Source of the DNA: Lingula anatina
Taxonomy: Eukaryota > Animalia > Brachiopoda
Length of the DNA stretch: 64,000 nucleotides
Reading direction: 5' to 3'
NCBI GenBank assembly: GCA_051362555.1
Contig: CM120640.1
Coordinates: 13,144,001-13,208,000, forward strand
Below the pieces are notes generated by a model. The model worked only from the letters and a program-made list of their open reading frames with translations. It did not search any database and was not told where the DNA came from. A program made the position numbers and the translations under genes. Below are positions 13,201 through 24,247 of the stretch, one piece after another. Positions within the stretch are counted from its first letter, which is position 1. Each line of letters begins with the position of its first letter.

Positions 13201-16200
13201 ATTAGGGATCCATTTTGAAAGTTGTGAAGGGAACAAAATTGAAGACATCTCTTTTTGGTTCAGTGGCTATGTTTCAAAAGTGTTTCATCTTGCAGTGGGT
13301 TACAATATTAAAGATATTACCCTTATGGATATATAATATTATGTTTATTTCATCGGGATTTAAGGATATGCTGGTAGATTAAATGCCAAAATTTTTTTCC
13401 CAAATAGTATCTTAAAATGTAGTTGTTTGCTTGGTGTCATGTCCAATTTCATCACAAATGTTAATCTAGCTCTTACACTGTAATGAAAAAGTTCATTTTC
13501 TGATTAAATAACCTGGGCCAAATTTAAAATGCTGTAAAGATGTTTTTGTACTCTAAAGTGCCTTTGGGATAATAACATCAGATTTTTCAGTTGTTTAGCT
13601 ATGGAAGCAGAGGCTGATTTTATGCTTAGGAAATACAAAGCTTTTTCTTTTTTATGTTCAGATAAATTTATTGCCGTAACCTTATCTGTTCAAACATGGC
13701 TAATAGCTTTTAGTGGTAAAGGTCAAAACCATCTTCTTTGTCAGCCTTAAACTTGAATGACCCTGCGCAGAAAAATAATACAGTTGTCAAAATGTTGCAA
13801 GTTTCTTCTTAGTTTGTTTGAGATAGGAGAATTGGATTAGGTCCCCTCCAGCTCCAGGTAGCAGTCAGATCATATTTGCTTGTGGCAATTCTTTATTTGC
13901 ATCCTGCCCAAGCTGGCCCCAGTGGTTTCCTTAGTTTATAAATGTCTGTGATTAATGAAAAAAGGGATAAATATTCAGTGATTTGATATGTCTGCTTACC
14001 TGTCACCTGTGATTTTGCATTGTCTCAAAATGGTGATTATGGGGGGTGGTTTTATAATGTAAATATAAAACTGCAATATCAGTACTGGGTTATAAATTCA
14101 GGAGTTAAAATAATGACCTTTGAGTAGTAGGATAAAAAAGGATGAAAATAGTTGTTTTATGGTGATTATTTATGAAGTGTTTTGAAAAATAAGGAACAAT
14201 TCATGCCACATTGACCAAACTGACCACAATTTAATATGTCCTTGCCATGCAGACCAGGTGTCCACATTTATAGTCTTGGGAACTGGCAAAAAAGCACACT
14301 TGTTTTACTGACATATTAACACTCACATTTAACTAGCAAAAAATGAAATAATAAATAATGCATCGATACTCAATTTAGGGTTCCTTTACAAAAGTAAAAG
14401 GTAGTTTATTAACAAGATTTTTTTCTGTTTATACTGTAGATGTAAAGAAAGAAAGAATATTTTTATTCATGGCAATATCACATACACCTTTTGAATTAAA
14501 ATATATATTATTCTGCCGATCACTCAATACTCATCCAACTATTGTTTCTTTTGATATGTGTCAATTTAATACACATACTGCTGTTTTGAACATATTTATT
14601 TTTCATCATGTGACAGTTTCACCCAGGGATACGGGCATGAATGCAAGAATGTGTCTAGCGACCAGTTTATCCTTGAGGTGTACATGATGGCAAATTGCCA
14701 GTTTTTCACAACTAGAAAGTACCAGACATTCCTATCGATTCAGTCAAATTAAATTGCAGTTATCTGCAGGTAAACAGAGCATAAAGTATGTTGCTAAGGT
14801 AAAGAAACTGGTATTTATGGATGCAGAAAAAGAGGAAAATTTGTAAGCATACACAATACTTCCCTGGTCAGATAGTCCTATATATTAGAAGTTTGATGGT
14901 ACATGAGTGCTTCACTATATTTAATTGCATGATGGTTTCATTTAAATTTAAATTCTCCATGTTTAATTATTGTTTTTATATCCAGTTGTCGACATAAACC
15001 TGATGTAAGTGCTACTGTGCTGCATTTATTACTTTAAATTTACAGGTCTGAGTAGACAACTACTAGTTTATAAGTCTACCAACCCATTCCACTAACCCAC
15101 CCACCCTTCCCTCTCTTTCTTCACTGATGGTCAGCAGTTTTTTAAAATAAAGTTAAAAAATAATAAAGTGGAATTTGAAGAATGTTCAAAAGAATCCAGG
15201 TTGATACCAATTGAAATGCAGGATCTCTCTGATACTAAGGCCAGGGGCAGGATAGTTCACTGTGATCAACTCCTAATAGATGCAGGCAAACACTGAAATT
15301 AATGTCCATCTTTATAAAGGACCCAGACACTACTTCAAATGTCACCTTCAAATGAATGGCAAGAGAAAACTACCCTAGCTGCATCCACTTAGTGTCACAT
15401 GTGGCTATTCTTTAAATATTTCAAGCTTTTATGTCATTTTCCACCTCTTGAACTTTATATTGTATGAAGTAAATTTTGTTGAAAATTCTCGTTGCACACA
15501 TTTTTGTTGAAAATTTGTGTTGCACAAAGATTGCATAGCATTATTTAAAATGATCTAACCAATATATATTTTTGGAGGTAATTCTATATTTATGTCAAGA
15601 TGGATATCAAAGAGCGTAATACTTTTTTTGAAGATCATCTTATAAGAGACACTATATATATCATTTGTAAGATTTTTTTAAAAATGAAGAAACATGTCAT
15701 GCCCATATGAAACTTCATTTCAAAGTATGGTATTGTTAACTGTTTTGGCAGCATGCACGTTTATAGAACAGCGGCTATAAATGAACAGTGAAATAAAACT
15801 TTCAGTTAGATTATCTTACCTGAGCTGTTATATCATGTTAGGTCATGCCTAGGTAAAGATCCAGTTTAGCAGTGTGTATACCTGTCTGCCTGGTCACCTA
15901 GCTACAGAAGTCAGCTATTGGTATTCTGTCCCCTCACACCCTGTCACCTTTAACTCTCTACTCAGGTCATATGCATACTGTATTCACACTGGTGTCTCTC
16001 CGGTATTTATTATCATAGGAAAGACCCTTGGCTTTCAGTAGGATACTAAATTGTTATCAGTGGATATACATGATTTATTTTGGCTGAAGGAAATTGATAG
16101 AAATATTTAACTTTTTTACCCCCAAATTGTCAGTTTTTATTCTTCTGAAAAAAATACCTAACTGATTGATTGATTTAGAAGCAAATGTTTTCTTGGTGTG

Positions 16201-17571
16201 ATACCAGGCCCTGGTACATTTTAGAGGAAGTCCGATTGAAATGTTTATTTCAAGTTGTTTGAATTAGTTAAGTTTTTCTATAAAAAAAGTGTACAACCCC
16301 CATTATGTAGAAATGCAGGAATTTATAAAGAGATTAATCACTGTTCTGTTTGCTGGCTTTGGGAACATTGATATATTACCAGGTTGTGTTCTTCTCTATG
16401 GGTTATAACCTAAACCTTTCAAAATTAACCTGGAAGAGGTTGGCAAAAAAGATTCTCAGATTATCAAACATGCATGACCTGAAAAGAAATACAGCTTTAA
16501 ACTTGATCTAGTGGTGAGGTGTTTGCAATAAGTGTATGCACGAGAAGGGACACATGAGAGCGATAACCAGTTGTTTAACACCTTCCTGATATGATTTTGT
16601 CAAGTTGCATTCTTCTTCCTGTACAGTAACATGTATGTGTGTGTGTGTGTGTGCTTTGTAAAGTTGTTTTGGCTAGCAGGGGAGGATGGGGGGGCCAAAC
16701 AGGTCAGACTTACCTTATAATCATCAAACTTTCATTTAAGGAATTTCTCTCAATTAAATTCTTCATATGTCCTCTTCTTATATTTTAAGATTTGATGTTA
16801 AGTTGGCTGAAACTAATACCATGAAGGCAACAAGAGGATTTGAACTCGGTCTAAAACTCTTCCTTGTATGTGTAAGTGATATATATTCTTTCCATGTAGC
16901 CCATTTTTATCTAAGGAAATGTTGCATTACCAAACTGGTTTTTGAACAGTTTAGGGAAACAGGTCAAATGTATTTTAAAGAAACCATTCATACTGAGTTC
17001 AAAATAGATGTTACTAATAACAGACGCTTTTGAGGATATTAAACCATATTAGAATTTAGGGGGCAGGGGGGAGGGGGGGGGCTTATACATTGGTCTTGCC
17101 AAAATAACATACTTTACAACTCCTTTATGTTTATTTATTCATCTGACATCTTAAATAAATCAAGTTAGACGTTTCTATGAATGGAGAAGTGGGTGATTGA
17201 TGTATCGGATATTAAGAGACAACTTATTGGGAATACATACATGAAAAAGACTTTTGAATATTTACCTTAATGTGAATGACAGTGGAAGATTGCTTACACT
17301 TGGTAATTCATTACTAGAGAAGCTGGATTGCTGTGCAGATATGACCTGGACAAGCAGAGTTGTCTTTCTCACCTGGTTTTTCCCTTGGAAGCTTTATTGA
17401 CCTTTTAAATCATTTTCTAATTTTGGAAGGGATATGAGATGTAATTTGTCAGCCATATGAGAGATAACACTGAGTATGTGGAGAAAAAAATGACATCTCT
17501 GATTTTTTGTTAAAACTTGTTTCAAAGTACACAGAAAATCATTGAAGAGACAAGGGAAGGCTTAGATCTAA

Positions 17572-17812
17572 GGCCCCATTCTTATAGACATCATTGGTCT
17601 ACATGGATAGTCCAAACTCTGCTTAGACTCTCACTGGCTGTGATCAGCCTAACTGAATGACACCTTATAGCATTCAATAAAATACAGCAAGGCTGGTGAT
17701 TATATGAGTACATTGGAAACAAGAGGAGCTGTGTCATCCAGTTAAGCTGATTGCACTTAGCGAGAGCCCCTGTTTGGGTGATCCATGTAGACTGATGATA
17801 TCTATTGGGGTC
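17572..17812. mobile_element. PIF/Harbinger-type MITE
   Basis: About 100-bp imperfect TIRs (GGCCCCATT..ATAGACATCATTGGTCTACATGGAT / ATCCATGTAGACTGATGATATCTATTGGGGTC). TAA TSD at 17569-17571 and 17813-17815. Confidence 0.75.
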
Positions 17813-20286
17813 TAAAAAAAAAACCTGCTGCACAAATTGGCCTTGGTTTACAAGATATTAGATAATTAAGAAGAAAATTAACATTTTTGTTACTTGACTT
17901 TTTTAGTAGCACATTAAGGTATGAATGCATAGGTTAGTAGAACTGTTTGAATCTTTAAAAAATGAGGAAGAATTACAGTAAGGATTTGAAGAAACTGCCA
18001 TTTGCATTTTTAGTAACATGTACTCTTCAGTTGCTTATTAATGGTAGAAACAGCAGTGTTTAAGTATTGGGCATTGAGTAATATTTAAAATGTGAAAAAA
18101 AGTAGACTGACGCTAAGATTTGAATTTGTGCTCATTGTTGAAAGATGGTTCCAGTCATAAATATATCAAGGCTGACCTTAATTTTTTTGTACCTGGGATA
18201 ATCAGGTAAAGGTTTTACATGCAAAGTAAGCATTTATCAAAGTAAAATTGACATGTTTTTATCTAAGTACACCCGCTTGCGCAACTTGCCATCAGAGTGG
18301 AGAAAATTGCCCCACCTGCAGACTTTTGGCTTTATGCCTTGGCTCCTTGCTTTGTTAAATGTGTGCATATGTTGCGTTAATGAATCAGTTTTGTCTAACT
18401 GTCCATTATAAGGTGTACAGGTTTATCTTTAGTTTTCCTGTTTGCTATCCATCACTGATACAAACTGTGGTGATTATCTTTATCTGTATGATTTTTAAAA
18501 AATAAAAATAAAATACAACTTTCTTTTGTATTTTTATAATTGTCTTGTTCTTGAAATCAATTTTCAATTAGGAACATAAAAAGGTTAAAGATATGCAGTC
18601 TTAATTTATTCAAAAAACAACCTTCTTATTATAGCGTATTACCAATGTTACCAGTAATTTTTTTCTAAACTATGCTTGTGATTCAATATTAGATATCTCT
18701 GGGTATATATTCTGGGTTATATGTTACTTTCAGCATTAATTTTTGTAACTGCACTAGCTTATATCACTCTTATTTCTGATTTTGTCTTCTGTCTTTAAAT
18801 GTTTGTGGGCAAAGTAAATCCTGCTGTCCCCTAGGCTCATTGTACTTAGACTATATAGAGTAATTGTTGGTATATCTGTTGGGACTAGCATCATATCTCT
18901 TTATCTGTCTGTTACTTAAAGTATCTCTTTTGGTTTAAAGTACTCTTATTATAGATGAAAAATCAATGATTACAAAAGATTGGGTCAATATAGCATTATA
19001 TATTAACTAACTTAGGTTGTTGTTTTTTTTCCACTTGTGATCTTTTCTGCACAAAATGTGCCACTCACATTCCTTAGAATTGATAGAAAGGAAATTGTGA
19101 CAAGGCTTGGCTTTCATTGCGTTACAGCTCTTCATTAAGTCTTCTCACCAAATACATTTAATTTCTGGCTTTATGTGCTGTGAGGAATCACTTCTAATCA
19201 GTAATCTGATCTAGATATCATAGAAAAAGGAGTTAATGAGACTCTTAAGAGGAGTCAGTAGTCAATTTTATGAACTGTTTTTGATCAAACTCTTTTTGAA
19301 AGCATTGTGATGAACCTTTGCCAAAAACCATGCAGCCAGACTCTGACTTTATTCATTTCACAAATAAATGGATATTTATTGTAACATGAAAAATCATTCC
19401 ATCGGTTATAATGAGCAGGATGTGTAGATACCCCTGCACAGTGTTCATGGCCCCCAGATGGCTCTCTCGGCCTCCAGTTTTTGTAGACCATAGTTTGTCC
19501 ATCTGCAACCCACCTCCATGTGCCTGCTTGTTGTAAGTCATTCCCTCCTATCCAAAAATACACACTTCTCCAACCAGCAGGACCTGAATATGGTATGCAA
19601 TGTACTTGATGGCATGAGGCATTTGATAATATAAATTATTATAAGATATATTTAGCATTTCATATAATTATATGTAGACATTTTTTATTCTTTATAATAT
19701 AGAATAAGTATGATAAATATGAGTATATGAAAATATATAATTAAACATATCAAATATATATATATAACTGGCATTTAATTAATGTGAGATAATGAAAAAT
19801 AATGATATTGATATTAGTGATTTACTTCAAAGTTTTAGTTGTTTTGGTAATAAATTTGAACAAAACTGAAGTGTTGCTTACCCATGCAGTTTCCCCAGGG
19901 ACTCTTATTTGTAATATGGTTCATGTCAAATGAGCACCATAGGTTACCAGCACTGTGGCTAATTGTAGTACAACTTTTATAAATTTTTTCTCTGTAGGTG
20001 AAAGGTAAGGCACATATTTTCCCCTCCTTGTCTGTAACAGTACCTTCATAAAACCAAAAGAAATGATAATTAACATGCTACCATGTATGTGAAGATTTAT
20101 AGTCATAAACACTGAACTAAAATGCTTTTGCTTTTATGTAAAGAATTTGTTTGAATGAAACCAACTTAGTAACAAAAATAACACATATAAAAGCAATTTT
20201 TATGTACAGACACAGATGTGTCTGTACATATAGCCATCATCTGCGTCTGTCGGCGCCGTCGGTGCCGTCGTCGCCGTGCACTTTTA

Positions 20287-20750
20287 CCGATAACACGATA
20301 AGTGGAAAACCATTTTACCTTTTGACTTGAAACTTGCAGAACTGATGAATATTCATAATACGCAGGTCAAGTTCGAAAATCAGCATGATCGGGTCACTTT
20401 TAGGGAATTTATGCTGTTTTTTCACTTTTTTCAGCATATATGCAGCACCGATAACACGATAAGTGGAAAACCATTTTACCTTTTGACTTGAAACTTACAG
20501 AACTGATGAATATTCATAATACGCAGGTCAAGTTCGAAAATCAGCATGATTGGGCCATTTTTAGGGAATTTATGCTGTTTTTTCACTATTTTCAATATAA
20601 ATACAACACTGATAACACAATATAAGAAAAACGGATTGACCAATTGTAATCATACTCACAGGAGTGGTCAATCTTACTAAAACGCAGGTTGAGTTCGAAA
20701 ATCAGCATAATCAGGCCATTATTTTAGAAGTTATACTGTTTTTCACATTT
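20287..20750. repeat. 161-bp tandem repeat, about 3 copies (inside the HINE)
   Basis: Units start with C(C/T)GATAACAC at 20287, 20448 and 20609. The first two are nearly identical; the third is diverged. Confidence 0.9.
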
Positions 20751-21148
20751 CCTCAGATTCAATTATTAGGCATGTTAACAGTCTCATTATTTAACTAATA
20801 AGATGCCTAAAAGTGTTTGTTTGATATTTCCTGCATCTTTACAACATTGTTAGTTGATTATGTAAAAAACATGGTAAACTTGTTATCATGTATTGTGTAA
20901 TAAAGTGTCAAAAATGGAAATAAACTCATATCATTGCAGTTTGTCAGATTCAATCATCCACTATGTTCAGAATCTCAGAATGGAGGAAATTGGACATTTA
21001 ACACTGTTCTATTGATACTTTTCCCATCTCATCAATTTTCTTAGTTGGTCATATAAAATGGCAGTAAAATGTTTATTTTGTTTTATGTTAAAAAAGTGTT
21101 AAAAATGGAAATAAACCCATTTCAGAACAGTGCTGTCTTGTTTACATT

Positions 21149-21845
21149 TTGGCATTTTCAAGGCGTGACTTTGAAGTTCCATGGGCCTGAAGACCTTTGC
21201 TAGTCACATTTTCTGAATATCTGTGAAACAAATATTTTATAATTAAAAATTGATGGTCATTAAGCTGTTAAACATTATGTAATATTGCATCAAAATTTGA
21301 AGAAACCCCTATTTTGGGCACTGCTTCCATGATGACCATTTAAGGAAAATCATGTCACTTACTGTTCTCAAACTTACAGGAAAGAAACATGGGACTAAAA
21401 TACAGCTTCAGTAGGCAATGCAGTCTGTTTGGTATTTTTATTTATTTATTTATTTATTTTGGCAGTTAAACAGTTTTTTGTGAAAATTTAATTTTTCACA
21501 TATTGGCATTTTCAAGGTGTGACTTTAAAGTTCCATGATCTTGAAGACTTTTGCTTGTCACATTTTCTGAATGTCCATGTTACTAATATTTTATTAATAA
21601 CATTTGATTGTCATTATGCTGTTAAACATTATGTAATGTTGCATCAAAATTTGAAGAAACCCCTATTTTGGGCACTGCTCCTATGATGACCATTTAAGGG
21701 AAATCATGTCACTTACTGTTCTCAAACTTACAGGAAAGAAACATGGGTCTAACATACAGCTTCAATAGGCAATGCAGTCAGTTTGGTAAATTTTTCTGGC
21801 AATTTAACAGTTTTTTGTGAAAATTTAATTTTTCACTTATTTGCA
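21149..21845. repeat. ~350-bp tandem duplication (inside the HINE)
   Basis: TTGGCATTTTCAAGG(C/T)GTGACTTT... begins at both 21149 and 21503, with colinear similarity throughout. Confidence 0.9.
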
Positions 21846-23832
21846 TCTTTATTTTCTGTTCTTTGTCTGTACATTTGACAGCTTTGCTGCCTTGTTTCAT
21901 ATGGAACCAGTGGTACCCAAAACATAATTTATTCAGCCATTACTAACCTGAAGAATAAATGTATGTAACTATGAAGTTATGTTCTGTGGCAGAGTTGATA
22001 GAGACCAAGTGGGTTCCAGGATTCAGGCTCTTGCAGTAGTTTTCAGCATCCTGCCAGGTTTTTTTCTGGTCAACAATTTGTAGCAAGAAAACATGGACCA
22101 CATGAAACCAACTGGACAGTCTGCAAGAGTACTCGGCCATATTAATGTCTAAATTTCAAATTAACGTTTACTGATTTTCTTTTTACAGGAAAAATGAATT
22201 TTATAGATTGATTAGAAGGAGCAAATGAATTTTTTTTTCTGTTCAATTTTATCCATCATGTCAGTGAAAAATGTCAGTGTGTGTGGGACATGCTGAAAAA
22301 CCATTATTTTCCATGTGCTTCAAAGCATTTTTGTTCAAGTGGTCAGAAATTCATTTGCCAGGTTATTGAATGAATAAAAGGGAAAAAGGAACTTTTTCAA
22401 ATTCAACCAATAGTTTAGTTTTCATTGTCACAGAAATGACCTAAAGCAGAGTACATAGCATGGGTGTCTTACCTGTGTTTGCTACAGATTGCTGGAAATT
22501 TGTGACCCGTCTGCTGAGATCGTTCAAGGATCCCTTTGTTGTCTGTGCTGTTTGGTCCTGGCGTTGTTGCCACAGAGTCAGCTGGGTTATCTCTGCTGCC
22601 TGATTTTTATCACTTGTGTCTTGATTGGAAATCAGTTGGTTCATGGCATTGATTTGACTTTCCTGATGGTTAAGAGTGGTCTGTTGCTTGGAAATAAGCT
22701 GGTTCATGGCATTGATTTGACTTTCCTGTTGTTTAAGAGTGGTCTGTTGCTTGGAAATAAACTGGTTCATGGCGTTGATTTGGGTTTCATGCTGTTGAAG
22801 TGTTGTTTGTTGCTCCATATAAGTCTGGTTCATGGTAATTATTTAGCTGTCATGTTGATTGAGAGTAGTTTGTTGATTAAAAGTAATCTGCTTGGAATCA
22901 TTAATCTGTTGCCCATATTGGTTAAGTGTGGATTCTTGATTGGACAAAACCTTGACTGTGTTATTGGTGATCTTCTCTAGATTTTGTAGCTGGTTTTGAA
23001 GCACTGTGAGCTGGCCATTCCTTTGGTCTCCCATTTCTACTTGTTTGAATAGAATCTGGGCAGTATTAGTTGTATTTTCTTCTAGATTCTGAACTTGGTC
23101 TTGAACTTTACTTAGCTGGTGATTGTACTTGCCCCATTTGGTCAGTTGATTGGACTTGAGCTGTTCAGTTGCATTCTCCATAGTTTTGAGCTGATTTTGA
23201 AGTCCTCTAATTTGGCCATGTTGTTCATTATCTTTGGCCTGTTGATCAGCCTGCACTTTAACCACACCTTGCAATTGATTTAGGAGTCCTAGCAGTTTTT
23301 GCTCAAGGTGCTGTGTTGTCACATTTGTCAACTTTTCTGCAGCTTCCAGGTCACTTTGAAGGTCTTGAAGATTGCCTTGCATGGTTTGTTGACCAGTTTG
23401 AATGTGGTTGATCAGGTCCAATAGAAGGCTGATGTTGGTTGCCCCAGCAGCCAAAGAGTCCTCCAGTTGTTGAATGTTCTTGCTGTTTTCAAAGGCAGTT
23501 AGATGCAGCTTGAGTAGGCTGGCCTGAAGGCTGCCTGTTCTTTGAATAGGTGTGCCAGGTGGTATCTGAGCAGTGACAGCACCCAGCAGAATCAGTTGAA
23601 TGGAAATTAGTATCAACTTCATGACTAGAGTGGTTGAAAATGACTTAATTTGCAGAAGGAGAGGCATCAATGGGAAATGAATCTGATCAAAATTGAGACA
23701 GTATTTGTACCCTCGTTTGTTTGTTTGATAGATAATATTTTTAATTAAAAAGCTTGATGTTGATAGGGGAGTGTATATGTCAGATAAAAGAGGGGCGCAG
23801 TTGTGATTTGTAATAAGAACGTGACTGTTGTC

Positions 23833-24009
<177 letters not shown>

Positions 24010-24247
24010 GTGTGTGTGACCTATAGTGAGGATGTACAAGGAGTTTCTGGTTTTGGTTTTCACAATATTGTAAAATATTATATTTTGATTTTTACAGTAT
24101 TATTTTGATCACTCTTTTGCATTTAGTTTTAGATATTTTGATTTTTCAGGGCAAGGTTAAAATGTAATGGAATACAGCTACACATGAAGTAGAATATGTT
24201 TTCTGTTTATTGGAATGATTAAATATGATTATAAATTGTTTTTGTAG

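Larger units (their letters stand above)
20197..21896 (+). mobile_element. Non-autonomous Helentron-associated element (HINE/DINE-like) with internal tandem arrays
   Basis: T-run, then a 5' subTIR ATGTACAGACA (20202) with an adjacent inverted copy, then a CGTCGG/CGCCGT microsatellite. Contains 3 x 161-bp repeats and 2 x ~350-bp repeats. Ends with 3' subTIR TGTCTGTACAT (21864-21874), a short hairpin GACAGC-TTT-GCTGCC and TTGTT. Confidence 0.8.
19285..23622 (-). pseudogene. Secreted long coiled-coil + C-type lectin domain gene with two disabling lesions (pseudogene or null allele)
   Basis: Exons 23622-22473, 22120-21948 and 19583-19285; both introns GT-AG, phase 1. Signal peptide MKLILISIQLILLGAVTA, then a Q/N/L-rich coiled coil with 21-aa repeats. 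Long-form CTLD: CPVG..CY..TWQDAENYC..HLVSI..FWIGGND..EPS..C..WND..C..FICE. In-frame TAA at 22845-22843 and a 1-nt deletion around 22080-22059. Confidence 0.85.

Noticed and set aside
3200-19200. Numerous 60-95 aa ORFs and clusters of CAGGT/ACCTG motifs
   Set aside because: The ORFs have AT-rich random composition, no recognisable domains and no consistent splice chain. The motif clustering could reflect enhancers, but I cannot show enrichment without computation.
20287-20750. CRISPR-like repeat array
   Set aside because: Units are contiguous 161-bp tandem repeats with no unique spacers, in a eukaryotic intron, with no cas genes.
22843-22845. Programmed stop-codon readthrough or selenocysteine in the lectin gene
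   Set aside because: The codon is TAA rather than TGA, the context is not a known readthrough context, and a second frameshift lesion lies downstream.
22489-22980. 163-aa + strand ORF with repeats
   Set aside because: Antisense shadow of the 63-nt lectin stalk repeats.
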